From: Octopus sinensis
Taxonomy: Eukaryota
NCBI RefSeq assembly: GCF_006345805.1
Contig: NC_042997.1
Coordinates: 209,188,001-209,252,000 of the forward strand
DNA: 64,000 nucleotides
Direction of reading: 5' to 3'
A program made the translations under genes and the position numbers. The first letter of the stretch is position 1. Each line of letters begins with the position of its first letter. The notes below the pieces were generated by a model. The model worked only from the letters and a program-made list of their open reading frames with translations, did no database searches and was not told the DNA's origin. This document shows positions 37,294 to 48,959 of this stretch, piece by piece.

Positions 37294-37329
37294 CTTTTAC
37301 ATTTCGAGCCTACGCTCTTCCACAGAAAG
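37294..37329 (-). ncRNA. Minimal hammerhead-like motif, family H2 (A6U variant)
   Basis: CTTT-CTGTGGA-A-GAGC GTAG GCTC-GAAA-TGTA-AAAG; perfect stems I and II. Confidence 0.55.
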
Positions 37330-37352
37330 GAACACAGAAAGAAACAAGGAGA

Positions 37353-37403
<51 letters not shown>

Positions 37404-37713
37404 CATACATATATATATACATATATGTGGTTGTGGAACCTGGCTGCTCTTTCTGGCGTGTGGAATCCCTATGAGTGGATTCCCTATGTGTTTGAATATG
37501 CACTGTATCATATATACATACATATATGTATGTGTGTATATATATATATATACGATGAGCTTCTTTCAGTTTCTGTTTACCAAATCCACTCACACGGCTT
37601 TGGTCGGCCTGAGGCTATAGTAGAAGACACTTGCCCAAGGTGCCACACAGTGGGACTGAACCCGGAAGCGTGTGCTTGGTTAGCAAGCTACTTATCACAC
37701 AGCCACTCCTGCA

Positions 37714-37751
<38 letters not shown>

Positions 37752-38099
37752 TATATTGTGTAATTAAAACAAGTGTAACTTTTTAATGTAAGTGGAGAAT
37801 GATTTGATTCCGCGTGTTTCTATGAGTGAAAACTAAAACTCTACAGATGTTTTCACAGATTAAATGTTCATAGTTCAACTGAGATCATATTGGTATACAT
37901 ATTCTTTAGGCAAGATTGACCTATATAATTTATTTAAACATATAAGTAAACATAGGTGCAGGCATGGCTGTGTGGTAAGAAGCTTGCTTCCAACCATGTG
38001 GTGCCTTGGGCAAGTTTTCTCTATTATAGACAGCTTTGGGCCTACCAAAGCCTTGTGAGTGGATTTACTTGATGGGAAATGAAAGAAGTTCATCGTATA

Positions 38100-38490
38100 C
38101 ATCATCATCATCATCATTCAACATCTGCTTCCCATACTAGCATGGGTTGGACGATTTGACTGAGGACTTGTGAACCAGATGGCTGTACCAGACCCCAGTC
38201 TGATCTGGCAGAGTTTCTACAGCTCGATGTCCTTCCTAACACCAACCACTCCGAGAGTGTAATGGGTGCTTTTTACATGCCACATGCACAAAGGCCAGTC
38301 TGGCGGTACTGGCAACGGCCACACTCGAAATGGTGTTTTTTTACATGCCACCTGCACAGGAGTCAGTCCAGCGGCACTGGCAACAACCTCACTCGAATGT
38401 TTTGTTCACATGCCAGTAAGGCGACACTGGTAATGATCACCAGCACGGGAGCCAGACAGCTGCTCTGGCAGTGATCCCGCTTGGATGGAG
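38100..38490 (-). mobile_element. Family B copy
   Basis: (CAT)n + CCCATACTAGCATGGGTTGG... + internal repeats. Confidence 0.8.
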
Positions 38491-38506
38491 CTGTTAGCGC
38501 TTGTAC

Positions 38507-38607
<101 letters not shown>

Positions 38608-39894
38608 CATATGTACGATGGGCTTCTTTCAGTTTCCGTCTTCCAAATCCACTCATAAGGCTTTGGTCGACCCAAGGCTTTAGTAGAAGACACTTGCCCA
38701 AGGTGCCACGCAATGGGACTGAACCCGGAATCATGTGGTTGGTAAGCAAGCTTCTTACCACACAGCCACTCCAATGCCTATAGTAAAAGGCTTTAGTATA
38801 TTTCTGCACCATATTTAACTGGCCTGGATCCAGTTTTGCTGATTTCCATATTTTTTCCATATTTAAAACCATGTGTAGCTTATTAATTAAACAGACATGT
38901 CCATCCTCATTTAACGTCCATATTTCATACGGGCATGGGTCAGACAGTTTGATAGGATCCGATGTGTCCAAGGACTGAATAATGTTCCAATGTTTGTATT
39001 AGTATAATTTTTATGGCTCTATGCTCCTTCCAACCATGGTGGACGGTGTTAGGAAGGGCATCCAGCCGTTAAAAAAAAAAAACCATGCCAAAACAGACAC
39101 TGAAGCCTAGTGCAGTCTTCTACCGAGCCAGCTCCTGCCAAAACATCCAATCAATGCCAGAATGGAAAGCAGACATTAAATAATGATAATGACGATGATG
39201 TTGATGATATATATGTCCATCGTTTGCACACCCACCATTCTCTGATCATGTTCACATAATACATGTAATTACTCTTCAACCAAAATTTGGAAAATGCCCC
39301 CACCCCACAAAACACTTCTTACCAGAGATTAAATGTGAACCATGGCAAGTTTTTGAATTTCAATCTTCTCCCCACACCCCACCCCTTCCACAAACTCTTC
39401 CCTTGTATTTCTATGTCCATCCACCATTTTCTTAAAGACAGGTTGATGAGTCACCCTTAAAACTATTAAGCAAATGTCAAACACTTGACAATAAATATTT
39501 GACTCAATGATGTCTGAGGAGGCTTTTGTCAAGATATTGCTCAAGTTTTTATCTAATTATATCATCATCATCATCATCAACGTTTAACGTCCGTTTTCCA
39601 TGCTAGCATGGGTTAGACGGTTTTGACCGGGGTCTGGAAAGCCAGGAGGCTGCACCAGGCTCCAGTCTGATCTGGCAGTGTTTCTACAGATGGATGCCCT
39701 TCCTAACGCCAACCACTCCGTGAGTGTAGTGGGTGCTTTTTACGTGCCACCAGCACAGGGGCCGGAGGTGGCTAGCAATGGCCACAATCGGTTGGTACTT
39801 TTGATGTGCCACTGGCACGGAAGCCAACCGAGCCAGCGCTTGCATCAGCCACATTCAGGTGGTATATTTCCGTTGGATCTAGTTCAGGATCTCC

Positions 39895-40030
39895 ACATTA
39901 ATAACATCGAAAAATACTTTAGGAATAAGAACCCAGGTTTGAAATTTCCCCAAGACACCTGATGAAGGCTGGAGAGTATATCAGCCGAAACAAGATGAGG
40001 ACAAATATCCGTCAAATGTAAATAATGTAA
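39895..40030 (+). mobile_element. Family H1 element, headless copy with truncated hammerhead
   Basis: GACAC-CTGATGA-A-GGCTG GAGAGTATAT CAGCC-GAAAC at 39954-39991; cleavage site deleted; matches 44990-45128. Confidence 0.75.
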
Positions 40031-40032
40031 AT

Positions 40033-40435
40033 AGTGGCTGTGTGGTAAGTAGCTTGCTAACCAACCACATGGTTCCGGGTTCAGTCCCACTATGTGGCAC
40101 CTTGGGAAAATGTCTTCTACTATAGCATTGGGCTGACCGAAACCTTGTGAGTGGATTTGGTAGACAGAAACTGAAAGAAGCCCATCGTATATATGTATAT
40201 GTATATATATATGTGTGTGTGTGTGTGTTTGTATGTCTGTGTTTGTCCCCCCAACATCGCTAGACAACCGATGCTGGTGTGTTTATGTCCCCATAACTTA
40301 GTGGTTCGGCAAAACTGGCCGATTGAATAAGTACTAGGCTTACAAAGAATAAGTCTTGGGGTCAATTTGCTCGACTAAACGCGGTGCTCCAGCATGGCCG
40401 CAGTCAAATGACTGAAACAAGTAAAAGAATAAAAG
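40033..40435 (+). mobile_element. Family A SINE inserted into the H1 element
   Basis: AGTGGCTGTGTGG head to GAAACAAGTAAAAGA tail; H1 homology resumes at 40438-40479. Confidence 0.8.
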
Positions 40436-40476
40436 AGAGTATGAAAAGTGAAAAGATTAAAAATCGTATTGAATCT

Positions 40477-41348
40477 GACTCCCTTCAACATGTTGTGTTG
40501 CATCCATTTTGAAGTCTGGGTCTCATCAGATACATCCAAACATAAAGCTATGTCTTGCTAAAAATCCTGAGTTTAGGCTGCCATCTTGTTATATATCCGT
40601 CTGGTTATGGAATGAAGCATTGCTACCATTTTCAATTACTCTTATCTTTCCATCTTAAGAATTGCAAACATTTGTAAATATAAACAAATATAGGCGCAGG
40701 AGTGGCTGTGTGGTAAGTAGCTTGCTAACCAACCACATGGTTCCGGGTTCAGTCCCACTGCGTGGCATCTTGGGCAAGTGTCTTCTGCTATAGCCCCGGG
40801 CCAACCAATGCCTTGTGAGTGGATTTGGTAGACAGAAACTGAAAGAAGCCTGTCATATATATGTATATGTATGTATGTGTGTGTCCCACTAGCATTGCTT
40901 GACAACCGATGCTGGTGTGTTTATGTCCCCGTTAGTTAGTGAGTTAATTAATAGTTAGTTAATTTTTTTGGCTCAAAAAGCAAAAAGCAAGGCCATGTAG
41001 GTGGACATGGAGTTATGTACAGGGTGATGTTCATATAAAGAGTTCAGGCCACTTGAGGTCAAGGGAGACTTTGAACAAAGCGGTCGTCGGCATCTTCACC
41101 ATCTCGTCTGGCAGCTTGTTCCACGGATCCGCAACCCGGATGGAGAAAGCTCCTCTCCTTCGATTGAGATGAAATCGTCGCAGGTAGAGCTTTTCGGAAT
41201 GACCCCGCAGCTGACGCTCTGGAGCAGGAGTGAAGAACAGCTCTTTCGAGAGGTTACACTTTCCACTTATGATGTTGTGGGTGACATAGATGTACCTGAT
41301 GAGACCCAGACTTCAAAATGGATGCAGCACAACTTGTTGAAGGGAGTC
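40477..41348. mobile_element. TIR element (60-bp TIRs) carrying nested SINE and LINE insertions
   Basis: 40477-40536 is the reverse complement of 41289-41348 with ~3 mismatches. Confidence 0.65.
40935..41283 (-). mobile_element. CR1-clade LINE 3' end, 5'-truncated
   Basis: RQLRGHSEKLYLRRFHLNRRRGAFSIRVADPWNKLPDEMVKMPTTALFKVSLDLKWPELFI* (stop 41031-41033); (TAAC)-like tail. Confidence 0.9.
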
Positions 41349-41454
41349 CCACCCATAAGGGACAGTAGCAGGAGAGGTTGAAACGACCGTTGTACAAAAT
41401 AAAGATTAATGCCAAATCCATCTTCTGCTTACTTAAGAAATTATCATTATATCA

Positions 41455-41860
41455 TCATCATCGTTTAATGTCTGCTTTCCATGCTGGCATGGGTTGGACG
41501 GTTTGACTGAGGACCGGTGAGCCAGGAGACTGCACCAGACTCCAATCTTGATCTGGCAAAGTTTCTATAGCTGGATGCCCTTCCTAACGCCAGCCAATCC
41601 GAGAGTGTAGTGGTTGCTTTTATGTGACACCAGCACGAGCGCCAGTCAGGCGGTTCTGACAAGGACCATGCTCAAAAGGTATTTTTTACATGTTACCTGC
41701 ATGGGGAGCCAGTCCGGCAGCACTAACAACAACCATGCTCAAATGTTGTTTTTCACGTACCACCGGCACATGTGCTAGTAAGGTGACTCTGGCAATGATC
41801 ACGTTTGAATGGTGCTTTTCACGTGTCACCAGCACAGGAGCCAATCCGTGGCCCTGGCAT
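41455..41860 (-). mobile_element. Family B copy
   Basis: Same body and internal repeats as other copies. Confidence 0.8.
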
Positions 41861-41877
41861 ATATATATATATATATA

Positions 41878-42200
41878 TTTTACTTGTTTCATTCATCTGA
41901 TTGTGGCCATGCAGGAGCAGTGCCCTAAAGGGCTTTAGGCAAAGTATTTATTCTATTGGTCTCTTTTGCCAAACCACTAAGTTATAGAGACACAAACACA
42001 CCAGCATCGGGTGTCAAGCAATGGGGGAGGGGTAACAAACACACACAAATAAATACATATACAATGGGCTTCTTTCAGTTTTCATCAGCCAAATCCACTT
42101 ACACGGTTTTGGTTAGCCCAAGTTTATTGTAGAAGGCAGTGACATTGAACTCAAAATCGTCTGGTTGGGAAACAAACTTCTTACCACAGTCACGCCTGCG

Positions 42201-42202
<2 letters not shown>
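41878..42202 (-). mobile_element. Family A SINE, decayed
   Basis: Tail TTTACTTGTTTC at 41878; head TATAGGCGCAGGCGTGACTGTGG near 42200. Confidence 0.75.
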
Positions 42203-42244
<42 letters not shown>

Positions 42245-42261
42245 CATATATATATATAAAT

Positions 42262-42450
42262 GCATATATAGATACAGGACGTCACCAACTGTGTAAACAA
42301 CATGAAATATGAAAACAAACGAGTTAAATACGCAAACAACGAGAGAAAATAACGGAAAACAGGACAAGTAAACACAGAGAACGACCCTTCATCAATTGTC
42401 GACTGTCTGTCTACTCCTCATTTCGAGCATTCAACGACAATATGAGTCTA
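42262..42450 (-). mobile_element. Family G repeat
   Basis: Homologous to 25535-25740. Confidence 0.65.
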
Positions 42451-42639
42451 CAACTTGGTGAAGCTGGTGCCCCTGCATGGCCGCAATCCAAAGACTAAAA
42501 CATGTAAAAGTTAAAAGCTAAATAAAAATTAATATTTCAATTCAACGCATTAGACTATTGCAATTTCATACTGAAGAAATCCAACAACATTGAGATGGCA
42601 GCTACATACGAATGTCCAGGACTGTGATTCGGTGGAAAA

Positions 42640-42805
42640 TTATGTATGTATGTACGAAAGCATGTATGTATGTATGTATGATGTATGTATGTATGTATGT
42701 ATGTACGAAAGCATGGTTGTATGTATGTATGTATGTATGTATGTATGATGTATGTATGTATGTACGAAAGCATGGTTGTATGTATGTATGTATGTATGTA
42801 TGTGG
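42640..42805. repeat. (TATG)n with a GTACGAAAGCATG interruption repeated three times
   Basis: Direct reading. Confidence 0.85.
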
Positions 42806-43507
42806 TGTATGTATTACTACTACTTCCGAGGTTCCGCTCGCTATGAAACATGTGTGTGTGTGTGTGTACGTAATGTATGTGTGTGTGTGTATATATGTAT
42901 ACACAGAGATATATAGATAGATAGAGAGAGAGAGATAAACACACACACACACATGCGTTCACGGTTTGTAAACGGGAAAAGTCAGAATTTTAGGTGAAAA
43001 TACTCAATATAATATCCAAATAGAATGGATATTATACGGATAAAACTATGCACAGGCGTATCTCGTCTTATGGAAACGAGACTCGCTGAGATAAAAATAT
43101 TTAAAAAAGCCTGCCATAACGTGATGTCTCGTAGTGTGAAAGAGTTTCGCTTTAAGGAATTACACGTTGCGGTCAGACGTTTTCAAGAACGCTAATTTCC
43201 GTAATGCGGGGGATGATGTATGCCTCATTACCAATATGAATGACAACGATACGGCCTGGAGTAATTGGAGAAAGATATATTACAATCGTAATTATGTGAG
43301 TCATCGTTAGAGCGGAAGGCGATATGTGACGAGACGAGAAGAGAAAAAAAGATAGATAGATAGATAGAAAGATGGAGAGAGAGAGGGGGGAAGAGAAAGA
43401 TAGATAGATATAGATAGATAGATGGAGAGAGAGAGGGGGGAGAAAGATAGAGAGAGAGAGAGAAGAGATAGAGATAGACAGACAGACAAACAGACTGATA
43501 GATAGAT

Positions 43508-43558
<51 letters not shown>

Positions 43559-43580
43559 GGAGAGAGAGAGGGGGGGAGAA

Positions 43581-43617
<37 letters not shown>

Positions 43618-43909
43618 CAATCTCTGCTCATGTTTAGATGCAATTGTTTATAATATTATATGGAACGACTCATTCAGTGATAGGAAGAGGGGTGTTAAGG
43701 AATAAAGAAACAAAAACGTTACCAAAATGTAGCGATGGTGTAAGCCAAAGTGTAAGACTTTGTGTTAGTATATAGCAACATATGTTGCGGTTGGTATTAG
43801 ACTTTAGTGCTGAGAAATATAACTATGATAGATTGTCAAATATGAAAAGCTAGGAAAAGAAAATAGGCAAAAATATAAAAAAAAGCACTGGCTACTTATG
43901 TAGGGGTGC

Positions 43910-43946
<37 letters not shown>

Positions 43947-44088
43947 GTTTAAACTTTACAAGTTGCAATATAAGTTTCACATTGTCGGTTGTTGATAACA
44001 ATGTCTAATAAAGAGGAAACTGAATGAAACCGGAGACGTGACCACCTGATCGACCAGACTATTGGATGCTATTCTATATCGCTGGCAA

Positions 44089-44321
44089 GGCGGGGGAAGC
44101 TGGCAGAAGCGTTAGCACGCCGGGCGAAGTGCTCAGCGGTAGTTCGTCTGCCGTTACATTCGGAGTTCAAATTCCGCCGAGGTCGACTTTGCCTTTCATC
44201 CTTTCGGGGTTGATTAAATAAGTACCAGTTACGCACTGGGGTCAACATAATCGACTTAATCCGTTTGTCTGTCCTTGTTTGTCCTCTCTGTTTTTAGCCC
44301 CTTGTGGGTAGTGAAGAAATA
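44089..44321 (+). mobile_element. Young family C SINE
   Basis: Full head to GAAATAGGTATT; TSD TATATCGCTGGC, extendable to 19 bp with 2 mismatches. Confidence 0.9.
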
Positions 44322-44751
44322 GGTATTATATATCGCTGGCTTCAAATGCGTTTTGAATTGTTTTAGCCCCTGGTCGGAAAGTTAGTCTGTTACATGGTTG
44401 CTCATTTACTTGCTGAAGGGACTAGAACAACAAAAAATGAAATGTTTTTGTTCAAGAACCTAATGCGCAGTCACTACCTTGTGGTTATCTCCCCCCCCCC
44501 CAATTAAAAATTCACATAGCTCCCTATTAAAAAACTGAGTTTATGTGGCGATAAGAGATTGGATTAAAAGGGTTAGATCTTTTAGGTTCAATACTTCAAC
44601 ACATTGTTGACGTTTGGCCTGTTGGCAATGGATGATTTGTTATCAAAAATATTGTCAGATTCAATAAGATGTTTAATCTTTTCACTTTTCATGTTTACTC
44701 ATTTTTTTCATTTACATTTGACGGATATTTGTCCTCATCTTGTTTGTTGTT

Positions 44752-44797
44752 AACACAACGTTTCGGCTGATACACCTTCCAGCCTTCATCAGGTGTC
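44752..44797 (-). ncRNA. Complete minimal type-I hammerhead ribozyme motif (family H1)
   Basis: GACAC-CTGATGA-A-GGCTG GAAGGTGTAT CAGCC-GAAAC-GTT^GTGTT; stem I GACAC/GTGTT, 5-bp stem II, loopless palindromic ACGT stem III typical of Penelope-associated dimer-type HHRs. Confidence 0.8.
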
Positions 44798-44914
44798 TTG
44801 GGGAAATTTTGAACCTGGGTTCTCATTCCTAAGGTATTTTTCGATGTTGTTGTTGTTGTTATTATCATTAATATTATTCAAGTCACTGCCTGGAATAGAA
44901 CTCGGAATCTTGGG

Positions 44915-45128
44915 CATATGGCGTAGTAGTTAAGAGCGCGGGCTACTAACCCCAAGATTCCTAGTTCGATTCCAGGCAGTGACCTAAATAATAACAACAT
45001 CGAAAAATACCTTAGGAATAAGAACCCAGGTTTGAAATTTCCCCAAGACACCTGATGAAGGCTGGAGGGTATATCAGCCGAAACGTTAACAACAAACAAG
45101 ATGAGGACAAATATCCGTTAAATGTAAA
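44915..45128 (+). mobile_element. Family H1: tRNA-like head plus hammerhead body
   Basis: A-box TGGCGTAGTAG (44919-44929), B-box AGTTCGATTCC (44963-44973), hammerhead core 45047-45087. Confidence 0.8.
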
Positions 45129-45229
45129 TACTGTAGAGATGGTTGTTGGCATCTTTATAATGAAGCCAGAAATTAAACAAACGAATCGCACATAAAAGGA
45201 ATTTAGAAAAGCAAAGTGACCTCCTGGGA

Positions 45230-45600
45230 GCAGGCGTGGCTGTGTGGTTAGTTCCGGGCTCAATTCTTCTGCGTGACACTTCGGGCAAAAGTTGCTTCGA
45301 TAACTTTGGGCCGAGCAAAGCCTTATGAGTGGATTTGGTAGAAGGAAATCGAAGGAAGCCCATCGTGAATATAGTACACACACACGCGCGCGTGTGTGTG
45401 TGTTTGTCCCCCACCATGATAGAAAACCGGTGTTGGTGTGTATACGTCCCCGTGACATAGCGGTTCGGCAAAAGTAAACAACAGAATAAGTACCAGTCTT
45501 TTAAAAACCAACAAGAGCTGGGGTTGCTTTATTCGACTAAAAGAATTCTTGAAGGCGGTGCCCCAGCATGGCCGCAGTCTAACAACTGAAACAAGTAAAA
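45230..45600 (+). mobile_element. Family A SINE
   Basis: GAGCAGGCGTGGCTGTGTGG head to GAAACAAGTAAAA tail. Confidence 0.8.
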
Positions 45601-46093
45601 CAAACAGAGATAACGTTTATGAGAGTGTCCATTTTTATTTCTATTTTATTTTCACGTTGGTCACGGATGGACTCAATGTCGTCATAGTAGCCACGATATG
45701 ACCCTACCGGGGTATTTTGAAAGGATAAATGATGGAGGAGGAAAAGAGGGAAGGGAGGAGGAGGAGGAAGAGGAATGAGAAAAAGGATCATATTATCAAA
45801 TAATAACAGTGACGGTTTCAAATTTTAGCCCAAGGCCAGCTGTTTTGAGGGGAGGGATCAACACTAAATGGGTCGACTGGTAGATTATTTTTAAAGGGAG
45901 AGAATTAGTCGATTACACTGACCCCCCCCCCCCAGTGCTCAACTGATACTTATTTTACTGACCGACCTCGAAAGGATGATAGGCGTAGTCGACCTCGGCG
46001 GAATTTGAACTCAGAACGTAAAGACGGACGAAATACTGCTAAGCATTTCGCCCGGTTTGCTAACGGTTCTGCCACTTCAACGCCCTTGCCTCA

Positions 46094-46140
<47 letters not shown>

Positions 46141-46142
<2 letters not shown>

Positions 46143-46490
46143 TGAAAAAATGTGGCATCTCAAGGCGACTACAGTACCAGTGATTGTAGGATCTCTAGGA
46201 ATGATAAAAAAAAAAAAAAGGTACTGCAACCTATTTGAAAATGATACCAGGCTTACCATCCCTACATGAAGTGCAAAAACTCGTGTTAACTGGAACGGCT
46301 CATGTACTGAGAAGAGCACTATCGCTGTGAAAACAGCATCCATTCATGAATTTGTTTATTTATGAATTTTTTTAAATACATATTTTACCTGTGAACTTGC
46401 GAATCTGGGAATGCATACAATAAGCTTCTCTGCCCTAGGTGTATGGAAAACACCCGGCGAGAAATGGAAGAAAAATTGAAGAAAGAAGGT
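46141..46490 (+). mobile_element. R4/Dong-clade (RLE) LINE 3' end in (AAT)n
   Basis: IEKMWHLKATTVPVIVGSLGMIKK-/-GTATYLKMIPGLPSLHEVQKLVLTGTAHVLRRALSL* (stop 46328-46330); preceded by (AAT)n, followed by (AAC)/(AAT)n. Confidence 0.8.
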
Positions 46491-47300
46491 AACAACAACA
46501 ACAACAATAATAATAATGATCACGTGATCAACCAGAGTATGGATGTTCTTATACATCGCTAATCACAATGCGCTTTGCATCTTTTTAAATTTTGAACGAT
46601 GACACTCCTGCTGGCAAGGCGAAGAAGCCAATCATAATAATAATAATAATAATAATCTTTTCAATTATAGTCACAAAGACTGGAATTTTTGGTGGGGAGG
46701 GGACTAATCGATTACATCGACCCCAGTGTTTCACTAGTACTTAATTTATCGATCCCGAAAGGATGAAAGGCAAAATCGACTTCGGCAGAACTTGAACTCA
46801 GAACGTAGTGGCAGGCGAAATACCGCTAAGCATTTCGTCCAACCTGCTAACGTTTCTGCCAGCTCACCGTCATAATAATAATAATAATGATAATAATAAT
46901 AACAACAACAACAATAATATTAATGGTTTCAAATTTTGGCACAAGGTCAAGAATCTTGAGGTGATGAGTCGATTACATCGACTCCAACATCTTCTCCACT
47001 GACTTTGAAAACAGGTTTTTAGAAAGAAAAAAAAACGAGTTGATTTTTTATCTTTTCTTTTCTGGTTTTTGTTGTGGACATTTTATTGTTGCGGCGCGTG
47101 TGAGAGGAGAAACGGTACGACAGAAGCCAATGACTAATGATAGACACCAGTGACAAATGAACAGTTCTCTCTCATGTGCGCGAGTTGGTTACTACCCCAC
47201 CCCCACTCGCTTCTAGTTTCCAATAGCTAATAAGAACTACAAAGGCTGGTTGACTAATAAAAATGAAGCCTTCTCTCTCTCTCTCTCTCTCGCTTATATA

Positions 47301-47331
<31 letters not shown>

Positions 47332-47529
47332 ATGTATATATGTAATATATATATAAACAGAGAGAAGAGAGGAGAGAGAGAGAGAGAGAGAGAGAGCAAC
47401 AGTGGGGGAGATGTTTCTGTGATGATTTGCATTTTTATTAAAGCACATTACTCTACCCCGGTATTCGAGTACTATTTTTCCCACTTCTTTCACATTTATG
47501 TGCTTATTCTCTATGTGTGTGCGTATAAT

Positions 47530-47578
<49 letters not shown>

Positions 47579-47798
47579 TATATATATATTATATATATCG
47601 ATAATATGTGTTTGTGTGTATATATATATAGATATATACTTATTATAATATTATAATAAACGTAATAAATGCACAAACAAAAAGGAAACCAGACACAGAA
47701 GATCCTCACCTCATCAGTCACGACCAAAGGTCAACGCAATTCCCCATCCCGCCTTCATTAAATAAATATATATATATATATATTCTATATATATCTAT

Positions 47799-47853
<55 letters not shown>

Positions 47854-47865
47854 TCGACTTTCCCT

Positions 47866-47901
47866 GTTTCCGAAGAAGAAGCTATGCTCGAAAAGTAAAA
47901 C
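47866..47901 (+). ncRNA. Minimal hammerhead-like motif, family H2 (U4C variant), decayed
   Basis: GTTT-CCGAAGA-A-GAAGC TAT GCTC-GAAA-AGTA-AAAC; stem I GTTT/AAAC. Confidence 0.4.
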
Positions 47902-48646
47902 TTCTAGTTTTTTTTCCTTTCTGAGCGTTTATTATACTTTACTTGTGCCACGTTCAAACATTTGTTTATTTCCTTACTTTGTGTTTTTTTAATTGTGTAT
48001 GTTGTATGTAATATATATAGATATAATATATATATATAGATATATATATATATATATAATATATATATATAGATATATATATATATATATATATCCGGAC
48101 AGTTAGGTGATGCAAAAAAAAAGGACCAAAACACCCAGACAGACGATACGAAAAAACAAGCAGGGGTCATTCGGAGTTTTCTTTCTTCAGTCGAGTTCCA
48201 GATTATCTTTGCAATTTCGGCTGGTTATACTCGAGATTGCTCCAATCTGGCCAGCCCCAAGGAAAAACGAAGCTAAGAGCATTAGATTCCTTGGGAGAAA
48301 TCAGCGAATGTATACGAAAACAAGGACGGAAAAAAAAAACGGAGAATGTTACACAGATATAAATAACAAATCGACACAAAGACTTATTTCTTAAACCAAG
48401 TCATTTTTGCCGAACCGCTAAATTGTGGGGACGAAAACACACCAACACCGGTTGCCAAGCGGTAATGGGGGGGGGACAAAAATAGACACACACATACACA
48501 CTCACACACACACAAGGTAATCATTGATATGAAATTCATTTTCGCCATAAATAAATAACTAAAGAGCTAATAGCGTTTTAAAAGCGTTTAATCTTTGCAA
48601 ATTTTGGGTAACTGGAACCAAATGAAAGTCAGACATGTAGGTGTCT

Positions 48647-48660
48647 GTTTCCATGGTAAC
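48647..48660. promoter_or_regulatory. RFX X-box motif
   Basis: GTTTCCATGGTAAC fits the X-box consensus, in unique sequence; function untested. Confidence 0.35.
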
Positions 48661-48737
48661 GAGCCAAGCTGTTACCAAGCAGAATTCGTACAGAAACAAT
48701 TGTAACTGATCGTTAAAGGTGTGAGTGTGTGTGTGTG

Positions 48738-48776
<39 letters not shown>

Positions 48777-48959
48777 GTGTGTGTGTGTGCGTGCGTGTGT
48801 GTGTGTAGAGAGAGAGGTGTGGTGTGTGTGTGTGTAGGTGTGTGTGTGTGTGTAGGTGTGTGTGTGTGTGTGTGTAGGTGTGTGTATGTGTGTGTGTGTG
48901 TGTAAATGTGCTGACGCACAAAATTCTCGGCTCTTGAGTCACTGTTACTTTTACGCTTT

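Noticed and set aside
41296-41320. CTGATGAG as a hammerhead core
   Set aside because: No stem II plus GAAA; it is part of a TIR
44915-44985. tRNA gene
   Set aside because: No complete acceptor stem or T-run terminator; it continues into a repeat body, so it is a SINE-type head (the same holds for the family A, C, D and I heads)
47715-47745. Minus-strand CTGATGAGG as a hammerhead core
   Set aside because: No downstream GAAA, and the nearby hairpin is not adjacent to the core
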